Shown in pieces: positions 37,002-45,961 of a stretch of DNA of 64,000 nt (its first letter is position 1; each line of letters begins with the position of its first letter). The stretch is from Paludibacter sp. Its GTDB lineage: Bacteria; Bacteroidota; Bacteroidia; Bacteroidales; Paludibacteraceae. The notes under the pieces are model-generated. The model had not been told where the DNA came from. It ran no database searches and saw only the letters and a list, made by a program, of their open reading frames with translations. Location: the NCBI GenBank assembly GCA_037132235.1, contig JBAXPM010000005.1, positions 13,320 through 77,319 of the forward strand, given 5' to 3'. The translations under genes and the position numbers were made by a program.

Positions 37002-39209
37002 ATGATGAAAAAATCAAATTCACTAACTACAATTATAATTTTATTTATTATAGGTGCTTTATTTTTTTCTGCAAATTCATCTTTTTGTCAAGATGCAAAA
37101 AATACAAACTCAACTATCCAGGAACAGGTTTGGTCACAACAAAAAGCAAATACATGGTATTCCGCTCAACCTTGGCTTAGTGGTTGTAACTATCAACCTG
37201 CCACAGCCATCAATCAAATAGAAATGTGGCAAGCCGATACCTTTGACGCGACTACTATCGACAAAGAATTGGGTTGGGCGGAAGAATTGGGATTTACAAC
37301 CATGCGCGTGTTTTTGAGCAGTGTTGTTTGGAAAAATGATGCTGACGGATTAAAAAAACGGATAAACCAATTTTTGGACATATCATCTAAACACAACATT
37401 AAACCCATGTTTGTTTTCTTCGATGATTGTTGGAATCCGGAATCTTCTTATGGAAAACAACCAGACCCCAAACCGGGCATTCATAATTCAGGCTGGGTAC
37501 GAGATCCCAGTGTTTCTTTGCGAGAAGACCCTACAAAATTATTCCCAATCTTGGAGAAATATGTAAAAGATATAATAGAAACATTTAAGAACGACAATCG
37601 CATACTTCTTTGGGATTTATATAATGAACCAGGTAACAGCAAACACGGTATTACATCCTTGCCTTTATTAAAAAACGTTTTCAAATGGGCTCGTGAAGTC
37701 AATCCAACGCAGCCTTTAACCTCAGGGATTTGGTATTTTGGAAGTAATGAACTGAATGTTTTCCAGGTTGAAAATTCCGATATTATCACTTATCATAATT
37801 ATTCAGGAGTAAAGGATCATCAGTCGGAAATCAATTATTTGAAAATGTTTAACCGCCCATTGATTTGCACCGAGTACATGGCACGAAAACATGATAGTAA
37901 GTTCGAAAATATCATGCCTCTGCTTAAAAGAAATCATGTAGGAGCTATCAATTGGGGTTTTGTTTCTGGTAAAACAAATACAATTTTTGCCTGGGATGAA
38001 CCAATGCCAACTGTCAAAGAGCCTAAATTGTGGTTTCATGATATTTATCGACAAGACAAAACGCCATTTAATCAGGATGAAATTAACGCTATAAAAAGAA
38101 TAAACTTAAAAGCTTACGGAGAAAAACTCATTCAAAATGATGATTTCAAAGGGACGATTAATGGAAAGGATATTCTTTTATATACTTTGGAAAATAAAAA
38201 TGGTCTGACAGCCCAAATTACAAACTTTGGAGGAAGAATAGTCACTTTGTGGACTCCCGATCGGAATGGTCATTTTGCAGATATTGTCACCGGATTCACC
38301 AACTTAAAAGAATATCTTTCAGGCAAAGAGGTTTATTTTGGTGCATTGATAGGTCGTTATGGAAACCGCATTGCAAAAGGGCAATTTTCATTAGATGGAA
38401 AAGCCTATAATTTGCCTATTAATAATGGAGTTAACACTTTGCACGGAGGTCCTAAAGGGTTTAACAATGTCGTATGGGATGCCCGTCAATTTAAGAACTC
38501 AAAAAATGAAGATGCGCTGGAATTAAAGTACTTATCGGTTGATGGAGAAGAAGGTTTTCCGGGTAATTTAAATGTTACAGTTATTTATACACTGACAAAT
38601 GAAAATGAATTAAAAATTGAATACTCGGCGACTACTGATAAAAAAACGGTGATTAATCTCACAAGCCATGCTTTTTTTAATCTTCATGGTTTCTCTGAAG
38701 GAAAGGCCGAGTCAATCAATTCACATATATTGCAAATAAACGGATCAAAATATACTCCAACCGACGATGGTTTAATACCTATCGGAAAAATAGTATCAGT
38801 AGCCCGAACACCTATGGACTTTACAAAAGCAACTGAAATTGGGAAAAGAGTCAATGAGCCATTCCAGGCATTAATCTACGGAAAGGGTTACGACCATAAC
38901 TGGATTTTAAACAAAAAACAAGGAGAAATGACTGAAGCAGCAGTTATTTATGAACCGTCAAACGGTCGACAGATGCGTGTTATTACCGATCAACCGGCAT
39001 TGCAGTTTTATGGTGGAAACTTCTTTGAAGGAAAAGATACAGGGAAATACGGTGAAGTATATAATTATAGAACCTCATTCGCCTTAGAAACACAACATTA
39101 TCCGGATAGTCCTAATCATGCAAACTTTCCGAGTACAGTTTTAAATTCGGGGGAAACATATAAGCACATTTGTGTATATAAATTTGATATAAATAAATCT
39201 AATTATTAA
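37002..39209 (+). CDS. Fusion of a GH5-like hydrolase (GH5_13-like, by recall) and aldose 1-epimerase (GalM)
   Basis: N-half: GCNYQPATAINQIEMWQ, WDLYNEP, CTEYMAR. C-half: YFGALIGRYGNRI, LHGG, GEEGFPG, NLTSHAFFNL, GYDHNW, ALETQHYPDSPN. One continuous frame. Confidence 0.88.
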   Translation: MMKKSNSLTTIIILFIIGALFFSANSSFCQDAKNTNSTIQEQVWSQQKANTWYSAQPWLSGCNYQPATAINQIEMWQADTFDATTIDKELGWAEELGFTTMRVFLSSVVWKNDADGLKKRINQFLDISSKHNIKPMFVFFDDCWNPESSYGKQPDPKPGIHNSGWVRDPSVSLREDPTKLFPILEKYVKDIIETFKNDNRILLWDLYNEPGNSKHGITSLPLLKNVFKWAREVNPTQPLTSGIWYFGSNELNVFQVENSDIITYHNYSGVKDHQSEINYLKMFNRPLICTEYMARKHDSKFENIMPLLKRNHVGAINWGFVSGKTNTIFAWDEPMPTVKEPKLWFHDIYRQDKTPFNQDEINAIKRINLKAYGEKLIQNDDFKGTINGKDILLYTLENKNGLTAQITNFGGRIVTLWTPDRNGHFADIVTGFTNLKEYLSGKEVYFGALIGRYGNRIAKGQFSLDGKAYNLPINNGVNTLHGGPKGFNNVVWDARQFKNSKNEDALELKYLSVDGEEGFPGNLNVTVIYTLTNENELKIEYSATTDKKTVINLTSHAFFNLHGFSEGKAESINSHILQINGSKYTPTDDGLIPIGKIVSVARTPMDFTKATEIGKRVNEPFQALIYGKGYDHNWILNKKQGEMTEAAVIYEPSNGRQMRVITDQPALQFYGGNFFEGKDTGKYGEVYNYRTSFALETQHYPDSPNHANFPSTVLNSGETYKHICVYKFDINKSNY

Positions 39210-39228
39210 CTTTTTAATTTTAGTCATT

Positions 39229-42200
39229 ATGAAAAAACTATTATTAACTTTAATCATTTTGTTGAGCTCAACAATTCTTTTTGCTCAAAGTCGCATTATC
39301 TACAGTCAAGATTTTGAATCAGCTGTAGCAGGAACTAATCTACTTGGAAATATGCAAGTTCAAAACTATAATGCTGGTGGAGGTGCAGCATGGACTTACG
39401 ATATTGCCACTGGTGCGCAAGCACTATCGGGTAGTAAATCAGCACATTTGAATATTCAGAACCCCGGTAACCAATGGTGGGGATTGCAATTCAAAGTTGA
39501 AGATGCCGCATTAACAACAGTTGTAAAAGGGATGAGCTATAATATTACTTTTAAGATTAAGTCATCTACAAGCAATAACAAGTTTCAATTTTATGTTCAA
39601 GGTCAAAGTGGATTTGAACAGGATATAACAATACCTACTGCAAATGTAACTCAAGTAGTTTCAATTGATACAACACCTATGGAAAATAGTGGAACTGCCA
39701 ATTTCTTGTGGGCATTTGGTTATAATCCTAATGTTGGTAATATATGGATAGATGATATTGTAATAACAGAGAAATATACACCAATTAATTTCTCTGAAAA
39801 CTTTAATACAGTAGTTCCGGGAGTTTCAAATATTGGTGACTTTGATTTAGCAAATTATGGAAATGGAGCGTGGACTTTTGGTGTTGAACAAGTTGGTGCA
39901 GATCCTTTAAATAAATGTGCCCGATTAAATATTACTCAAAATAGTGATGCATGGTGGACCTTACAATTTAAAAATTCAAAGCTGATCGCAGTACAGGGGA
40001 AGCAATATGTAATTAATTTTAAAGCAAAATCAAATATTTCAAACAGCTTACTTGTCAGAATGGAAGGTGTTGTTTCATTTGAACAACGTGTCAATCTTAC
40101 TAGTTCATACCAAAACTTCTCAATCGAGTCTACAGCAATGGATAATACTGGTCCAGTCGGTTTTATGTGGGCTTTTGGGAATCCCACTTCATTAGGTACA
40201 ATATGGATTGATGATATTACAATTCAACAGAAACGATTAATAACAGGAGGTACTACAGCTAATTCATTTACTACAACCTACGGTACTGTATCAGCAGCAC
40301 AAACATTTCCTATTTCCGGAACTGGTTTAATTGCTGATATTACTGCCACAGCTCCAACTGGTTTTGAAGTATCAAGCAATGGTTCAACCTATGGTGCTAC
40401 AGCTACATTTACCCAAACTTCGGGTAATGTTAGTGGTACATTAAGCGTTCGTTTAGCTGCAAATGCAGCTGTTTCAGGTTCTTATAATTCACAAAACATA
40501 GTATTATCAAGTACCGGAACTAGCTCAGTAAATATCATTACTGCCGCAAGCGGAAACACGGTAACTGCCAAAGCCTTGAGTGTCGGTTCAGCTTCTATCG
40601 CTTCTAAAGCATATAATGGCAGTGCAACCTCAGGCACAGTAACTCCAGGTTCACTCTCAGGTTTTGTAGGTTCAGAAACCGTAACCATTAATACCGCGGT
40701 AGGAACATATGCCGATGCTAATGTGGGTACTGGCAAAACTGCAACTATTGTTTATACCCTTGCTGATGGAACAAATAATGGTAAGGCAGTTAATTATAGT
40801 TTGGCAAATGGTTCAGCAAATGGGAATATAACTTCCAAACAATTAAATGTTACAGCTGGCGCTCAATCAGTAGCTTATGGCACAGCAGCTTCCACAGTTA
40901 CAGCTGCAGGTTCATACACACTGTCCGGTTTAGTAAATGGCGAGTTAGCAGCAAATGTAATTAGTGGTACAGCAACTTATTCAACCAATTATACCAATAC
41001 TACTACTGCAGGATCATCGGGCGTAACCATAACGTATAGTTCAGGCTTAACATCTGCCAATGGTAATTATTGGTTTCAAGCCGTGGCTGGTTCAATAACC
41101 ATTCTAAAAGTCAATTCAAGCATATCAGTTACCGGAACTACAAGTTTTAACTACAATGGTTCAGCACAAGGTCCTGCAAGTTCAAACGTAACAGGCTCAA
41201 CAGGTGCGGTAACTTATAGTTATGTGGGAACAGGTGGAACAATTTATAGTGCAAGTGCAACAGCACCAACAGCAGTAGGAAGTTATACTGTAACAGCTAG
41301 TGTAGCAGCTGATGCAAATTATAATGGAGCAAGTTCATCTGCAACCGGCTTTACAATTTCAGCCGTTGCTCCGGGTGCTCCAATAGCAGCGACAGCTACT
41401 GCAGGAAATGCTCAGGCTTCAGTTGCCTTTACAGCACCTGGCGATAATGGAGGTTCAGCAATTATTGACTATACTGTAACTTCAAGTCCCGGTGGTTTGA
41501 CAGCAACAGGAGCTTCAAGCCCGATCGTTGTAACAGGTCTTACCAACGGAACAGGGTATACCTTTACCGTTACAGCACGTAACAGTGCAGGTAGCAGTTC
41601 GGCAAGTGATGCTTCAAATTCAGTAACTCCGGTATCACCTTCAGTTACTGTATCATCTGATGCCAATCTGTCAAGCTACACTACTACTTCAGCAACTGAT
41701 GTAACTGTTTCAGCAGGTGAACTTACCGTTGATGCAGATGCTACTGTGAAAACAATGACTGTTGCTCCGGGAGCAAAACTCACCTTGGCTTCAGGAAAAA
41801 CACTGACTGTTGCAGGTGCATTAACTCTTCAGAGTGATGCTACAGGAACTGCAACCTTCGTTGATAATGGTGGTACAGTTTCTGCAGGATCAACCAATGT
41901 TCAGCAATACCTGACTACCGGACGTAACTGGTATATTTCAAGTCCAGTTTCAGGAGCAACTGCTGCAATATTTAATCCGGCCGGATTGAGCAACTTACTT
42001 TACAGCTATGACGAAACACATGGCAGTACAGCACCATGGCCTGCAATTACTAATAATGCAACAGGTCTTACAGTAATGAAAGGTTATGTGGCTAATATGG
42101 CTTCAAGCGGAGTAGTAACTTTCACTGGTACGTTGAATACCGGTGCTCAAGAGATTGGTCTTACCCAAACATCAGGTCAGGTTAAAAATGGATTTAATTT

Positions 42201-43146
42201 GGTAGGTAATCCATATCCAAGTTATTTAGACTGGAGTAGTATAACAAAAACCAATATGTTGACCACCATGTGGTATCGTACCAAAACATCGGGCGATGTA
42301 TATACATTTGATACCTATAATGCAAGTGGTAACATAGCAACCTCAAACGGAGCAAAAGCAGTAACCAACCTGATTCCTCCAATGCAGGCATTCTGGGTAC
42401 ATGTTCAAACGGGTTTTGCTTCAAGCACACTTGCTGTAACCAATGCTCAACGCGCACATGCTGATAACAGTTCAAATACTTTCAAAGCTAAAGCAGTTAC
42501 TTCTCAATCTGTATTACGTCTGGTAGTATCGAACGGAATAAACAGCGATCAGGCTTTGGTTAACTTTAATTCAAATGCATCGAATGGTCTTGATAGCTAT
42601 GACTCACCAAAATTGTCGAATGAGTCAGCGTCTATTCCTGAGATTTATACGTTGGCAGGAACTGAACAGGTTGTAATCAATGGTGTGAACGATGCAACAG
42701 AACTTGCTTTAGGTTTCACCACCGGTGAAGCAGGTAACTTCAGCATCAAAGCTTCTCAGTTTGCAAACTTTGCAAGTGGAACACAAATCGTTCTTCGTGA
42801 CAATTTGTTGAACTACGAACAGGATTTGACCCTTGCAGATTACAACTTCTATTCTGATGTAACAGCTAATAATGAAACCCGCTTTACAGTGTTGTTCAAA
42901 GCTCCTTCGGTAGCAACAGGAATTAACCCGAACACAACCGGTAATGTTTGGATTTCAATCAATGGTAACAATCAGATTGTGGTAAACGGAGCAAACGCTG
43001 GAACTTCAGTAGCAGTTTACAATGCAGTTGGTCAGAAAATTATGTCTGATATGACTCAGTTGAAAAAATCATTGGCTACCGGAGTTTACATGGTAACAGT
43101 AACCAATGCAGGTAAGAGTGTAACACAAAAAGTAATTATCAAATAA
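39229..43146 (+). CDS. Non-catalytic T9SS protein ending PUL2: 2x CBM4/9-like, Ig/YDG/MBG-like stalk, FN3, conserved C-terminal domain, CTD
   Basis: N-terminus duplicates 29544. YDG-like ASKAYNGS...TYADANVGTGKT. C-terminal part from the FN3 onward is shared with 18730..21801. Confidence 0.85.
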   Translation: MKKLLLTLIILLSSTILFAQSRIIYSQDFESAVAGTNLLGNMQVQNYNAGGGAAWTYDIATGAQALSGSKSAHLNIQNPGNQWWGLQFKVEDAALTTVVKGMSYNITFKIKSSTSNNKFQFYVQGQSGFEQDITIPTANVTQVVSIDTTPMENSGTANFLWAFGYNPNVGNIWIDDIVITEKYTPINFSENFNTVVPGVSNIGDFDLANYGNGAWTFGVEQVGADPLNKCARLNITQNSDAWWTLQFKNSKLIAVQGKQYVINFKAKSNISNSLLVRMEGVVSFEQRVNLTSSYQNFSIESTAMDNTGPVGFMWAFGNPTSLGTIWIDDITIQQKRLITGGTTANSFTTTYGTVSAAQTFPISGTGLIADITATAPTGFEVSSNGSTYGATATFTQTSGNVSGTLSVRLAANAAVSGSYNSQNIVLSSTGTSSVNIITAASGNTVTAKALSVGSASIASKAYNGSATSGTVTPGSLSGFVGSETVTINTAVGTYADANVGTGKTATIVYTLADGTNNGKAVNYSLANGSANGNITSKQLNVTAGAQSVAYGTAASTVTAAGSYTLSGLVNGELAANVISGTATYSTNYTNTTTAGSSGVTITYSSGLTSANGNYWFQAVAGSITILKVNSSISVTGTTSFNYNGSAQGPASSNVTGSTGAVTYSYVGTGGTIYSASATAPTAVGSYTVTASVAADANYNGASSSATGFTISAVAPGAPIAATATAGNAQASVAFTAPGDNGGSAIIDYTVTSSPGGLTATGASSPIVVTGLTNGTGYTFTVTARNSAGSSSASDASNSVTPVSPSVTVSSDANLSSYTTTSATDVTVSAGELTVDADATVKTMTVAPGAKLTLASGKTLTVAGALTLQSDATGTATFVDNGGTVSAGSTNVQQYLTTGRNWYISSPVSGATAAIFNPAGLSNLLYSYDETHGSTAPWPAITNNATGLTVMKGYVANMASSGVVTFTGTLNTGAQEIGLTQTSGQVKNGFNLVGNPYPSYLDWSSITKTNMLTTMWYRTKTSGDVYTFDTYNASGNIATSNGAKAVTNLIPPMQAFWVHVQTGFASSTLAVTNAQRAHADNSSNTFKAKAVTSQSVLRLVVSNGINSDQALVNFNSNASNGLDSYDSPKLSNESASIPEIYTLAGTEQVVINGVNDATELALGFTTGEAGNFSIKASQFANFASGTQIVLRDNLLNYEQDLTLADYNFYSDVTANNETRFTVLFKAPSVATGINPNTTGNVWISINGNNQIVVNGANAGTSVAVYNAVGQKIMSDMTQLKKSLATGVYMVTVTNAGKSVTQKVIIK

Positions 43147-43215
43147 ATTTTCATAAATAATTGTTGATTGATTTAAGTAGTTTTTTTCATAAAACCTTAA
43201 CTATGATTTGTTTGC

Positions 43216-43263
43216 TTTCTTTTCAATCACCTACTCTGTATTGGAGTAGGTGGAAAGGAGAAA
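43216..43263 (+). other. Conserved stem-loop upstream of the 55-aa ORF (copy 2)
   Basis: Perfect 9-bp stem CACCTACTC-tgtattg-GAGTAGGTG, extended by pyrimidine/purine flanks. Confidence 0.65.
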
Positions 43264-43306
43264 ATCAATAAAACATAAAATCAAACCAACTTAAAAAATA
43301 AATAGT

Positions 43307-43474
43307 ATGGAAACTAAAAACAACCAATACATCGCACCGCAGGTGGAACGCATTGAACTTGACAATGAAATTGCTCTGCAATTGGAATCAACTCCACCAA
43401 AAGCACCAGGTGAAGCTCATTTAAATGCTCCTGAGTTTTTCAATAATGATCCGTTTAAATCGAATAAAGTGTAA
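43307..43474 (+). CDS. 55-aa small protein, not in the ORF track: METKNNQYIAPQVERIELDNEIALQLESTPPKAPGEAHLNAPEFFNNDPFKSNKV
   Basis: Paralogue of 21964..22131 with mostly synonymous differences; same context. Confidence 0.85.
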   Translation: METKNNQYIAPQVERIELDNEIALQLESTPPKAPGEAHLNAPEFFNNDPFKSNKV

Positions 43475-43515
43475 ACTGATTCTTTAGGTTTTCTCTGATA
43501 GTTAGTTTTTTAGGT

Positions 43516-43556
43516 AAGAAAGAATGTTTGTTAAATCAAGCATTCTTTCTTTTTTT
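43516..43556 (+). terminator. Intrinsic terminator ending PUL2
   Basis: AAGAAAGAATGTTTG-ttaaat-CAAGCATTCTTTCTT followed by a T-run. Confidence 0.85.
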
Positions 43557-43838
43557 AGTTTAGATAAATTGAAAATTGTCGAAAACTTCTTAGGCTTAAA
43601 GTAAAATAATTAATTGTAATATATTATTTTTGCACAACCAATATGAAATTAACTGTGTAAAGTGTTTTGGGCAAACAAACAATTGATTAAGCTTAAAAGT
43701 AGATGAATTTTGATTATTGTTTTCGACACTCCACCTCGGTTTGTAACGAGGAACACATGGTTCGGCGTTAGTAACGCAAAAGTAGAAACTGAATCTCTCG
43801 AGATTGGTTATTGCCGATGCTGATGAATGGGTAGGTAA

Positions 43839-44144
43839 CCCATTCCGCTATGCGGTATTCCCCTTAAAAAGGGGAAAATGGGGGAAGAAGAAAGAGAAAT
43901 ATAAGAAAATATAATATGACCCCCTCCTCCGCCAGCTGGCGGATCGACCCCCTGCAAGGTGGACATTTACTAAGTGCGGGGATTTGTGGCTCTAATTAAA
44001 ATAAGCTCGTGATTTTGCGGGTTTGATTTGAAATTTGATTAAGTCTAATGTTAGAGTGTTTTTACAAATGCTTATTAATTGTAAATAATCTCGCGTCCAA
44101 TAAATCTTCCCTTTTGTAAAGGGAAGTACCCGCAGGGGGATGGG
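43839..44144. repeat. Three related two-hairpin REP-like elements: 43839..43876 (+), 43920..43964 (+, degenerate), 44106..44144 (-)
   Basis: CCCATTCCGCTATGCGGTATTCCCCTTAAAAAGGGGAA versus the reverse complement of the third, CCCATCCCCCTGCGGGTACTTCCCTTTACAAAAGGGAAG. Confidence 0.6.
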
Positions 44145-44172
44145 ATTATATTATATTAAAAAAAAACATACC

Positions 44173-44532
44173 ATGCCTGACCAACTCAACAACCGCCCTG
44201 AAATGCTACCATTCCGGCGCAAGCTTCGCAAGCACATGACTGCTGCCGAAGTGGCATTGTGGGTGATGATTAAGGACAGACAGCTGGTAGGCGAACGGTT
44301 CAGACGGCAATTTAGTGTGGGGCATTACGTGCTTGATTTCTATTGCCCGAAATACAAACTAGCCGTGGAGCTTGACGGAGCAGGACATTTTACGGAGGAA
44401 GGTAAGGAATATGATGCACGGCGAACGGAATATTTGAACTCAGTGGGAATTCGGGTGATACGGTTTGAGAACCTGGAAGTGTTTAATTATCCGGGGCAGG
44501 TGCTGGAAGAGATAAAGAAGAACCTGAAGTAA
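44173..44532 (+). CDS. DUF559 / Vsr-like PD-(D/E)XK endonuclease
   Basis: RRKLRKHMTAAEVALW...FRRQFSVGHYVLDFYCP...LAVELDGAGH...DARRTEYL...GIRVIRF. ATG 44173 is preferred to 44140, which lies inside a repeat. Confidence 0.9.
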   Translation: MPDQLNNRPEMLPFRRKLRKHMTAAEVALWVMIKDRQLVGERFRRQFSVGHYVLDFYCPKYKLAVELDGAGHFTEEGKEYDARRTEYLNSVGIRVIRFENLEVFNYPGQVLEEIKKNLK

Positions 44533-44567
44533 GAAGGGCGGAAAAAATTCTTCAAATAGAACAAAAT

Positions 44568-45089
44568 ATGTCAAAGGCAAGCTTAAAGAAATACTTACAA
44601 TCACTCCCTAAAGAGCAAATGATTGAAACCGTACTGGAAATGTACGATAATATGAAGCCTGTAAAGGAATACCTCGAATTCTTTCTGAATCCGAACGAAA
44701 AAGAAATGTTTGAGAAGTACAGAAACGTTATTATCAATGAATTTTATCCAAAAGGAAAATATACCGAACCCAAAACACGTTTTTCGGTAGCCAAAAAAGC
44801 CATAGCCGATTTTCGTGCATTGAAACCCTCACCGGAATTATTGGCAGATATGATGCTTACTCTGCCCGAAATGGCTTGTCAGTTTACACACGATTATGGG
44901 GATATGTCGGAACAATACTACAACAGTGCTTATAATAACTTTAAAGCCGCATTGGAATATATGCATAAAAATAGCTTATTAGATTCATTCAAACTTCGGT
45001 GTGTAGATTGTCTGAAATGGGCCTCCGATTGTGGATATGACTTTACAGGTGACATGTCAGATGTTTATTATCAGTATTATAACGATTAA
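44568..45089 (+). CDS. Conserved hypothetical helical protein (DUF6155-like)
   Basis: MSKASLKKYLQSLPKEQMIE...KEYLEFFL...YRNVIINEFYP...RFSVAKKAI. Family assigned from recall. Confidence 0.65.
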   Translation: MSKASLKKYLQSLPKEQMIETVLEMYDNMKPVKEYLEFFLNPNEKEMFEKYRNVIINEFYPKGKYTEPKTRFSVAKKAIADFRALKPSPELLADMMLTLPEMACQFTHDYGDMSEQYYNSAYNNFKAALEYMHKNSLLDSFKLRCVDCLKWASDCGYDFTGDMSDVYYQYYND

Positions 45090-45102
45090 TTTGTAGCGCA
45101 AG

Positions 45103-45133
45103 GACCTAACAGGTTTCGAAAACCTGTTAGGTC
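45103..45133. repeat. REP-like perfect palindrome
   Basis: GACCTAACAGGTTT-cga-AAACCTGTTAGGTC: 14-bp stem, 3-nt loop, no U-tract. Confidence 0.7.
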
Positions 45134-45155
45134 TGAATAAATATAAACAAAAGAT

Positions 45156-45782
45156 ATGCAAAAACATTTCAAAATAAGTCTGTTTACTTTGATGGCACTA
45201 TGCCTGTTGTGCACGAATATGGCAGCCCAAAGCATAGTCCGCACCCCCATTTATACTGTAAATTTCAGCAATGCCCTGCATGAGCCCCTGTGGATAAGTT
45301 ATAAACTTTACCGGGGTGGGGGTGATTGCAGCCGGGCAGGGTTTCGCTTTTATAACGATATTGACAGTCTGCAAACGGCTACCGATAAAGATTATGCCCG
45401 TTCGGGTTACGATAAAGGTCACCTGGCCAATGCAGAGGATTTTGCGTACGACTGCACAAAAGACGAGCTCACCTTCCGCTATTACAACTGCCTGCCTCAA
45501 ACACCCAACCTGAACAGGGGAGTGTGGAAAGTGAACGAAGAGCAGGTGCGCGAGTGGTCCCAGTCGGATTCGCTGTTGGTGGTATGCGGTGGTAGTTTTG
45601 GAAAGAAGAAGATAGGCCGCGTGGCTGTGCCCGATTATTGCTGGAAGGTGGTACAGTCGCTCAGCAACAAAAAGGTGCTGTTTTGCGGATGGTTTACGAA
45701 TACAAGCACGGCCACCGTGGAGGAAGTTTCGGTTGCAGAACTGCTTAAACGTACAGGGATGGTGATAGAATTGAAAAGATAG
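45156..45782 (+). CDS. Secreted DNA/RNA non-specific endonuclease (NucA-like, His-Me finger)
   Basis: Signal peptide; GYDKGHLANAEDF, NCLPQTPNLNRGVWK, VPDYCWKVV. Confidence 0.88.
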   Translation: MQKHFKISLFTLMALCLLCTNMAAQSIVRTPIYTVNFSNALHEPLWISYKLYRGGGDCSRAGFRFYNDIDSLQTATDKDYARSGYDKGHLANAEDFAYDCTKDELTFRYYNCLPQTPNLNRGVWKVNEEQVREWSQSDSLLVVCGGSFGKKKIGRVAVPDYCWKVVQSLSNKKVLFCGWFTNTSTATVEEVSVAELLKRTGMVIELKR

Positions 45783-45808
45783 GAGATTTATTGAAAGTTA
45801 GAATAATC

Positions 45809-45845
45809 AAAAAGTGAACAGACCCTCAGCCTGTTCACTTTTTTT
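45809..45845 (+). terminator. Intrinsic terminator
   Basis: AAAAAGTGAACAG-accctcagc-CTGTTCACTTTTTTT. Confidence 0.85.
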
Positions 45846-45961
45846 TAGCATTAGGTTGAAAAAAGTGTCGGTAAACTTTGCAGAATAAAAATAACGATGT
45901 AAATTTGTAAAAGAAACAGGCAATAGATTTTTAGTTTAACCCAATAAATTGGTAAGGTAGT

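Larger units (their letters stand above)
41375..43611 (+). repeat. Copy 2 of the ~2.2 kb PUL-terminal cassette
   Basis: Co-linear with 20040..22268. Includes a 252-bp identical block (42181..42432 = 20836..21087) and a 51-bp identical tail (43561..43611 = 22218..22268). Confidence 0.92.

Noticed and set aside
40240-41370. Thr/Ser/Gly-rich low-complexity stretch as a tandem repeat
   Set aside because: There is no exact repeat unit. It is consistent with ordinary Ig/YDG/MBG-like stalk domains.
20040-43611. Diversity-generating retroelement TR/VR pair or invertible shufflon as the cause of the repeats
   Set aside because: Differences are mostly synonymous and not confined to adenines, the copies are direct rather than inverted, and no reverse transcriptase or recombinase is present.
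44158-44166. A-run before the DUF559 gene as a phase-variable tract
   Set aside because: It lies upstream of the preferred ATG (44173) and fits the usual A-rich Bacteroidota translation leader.
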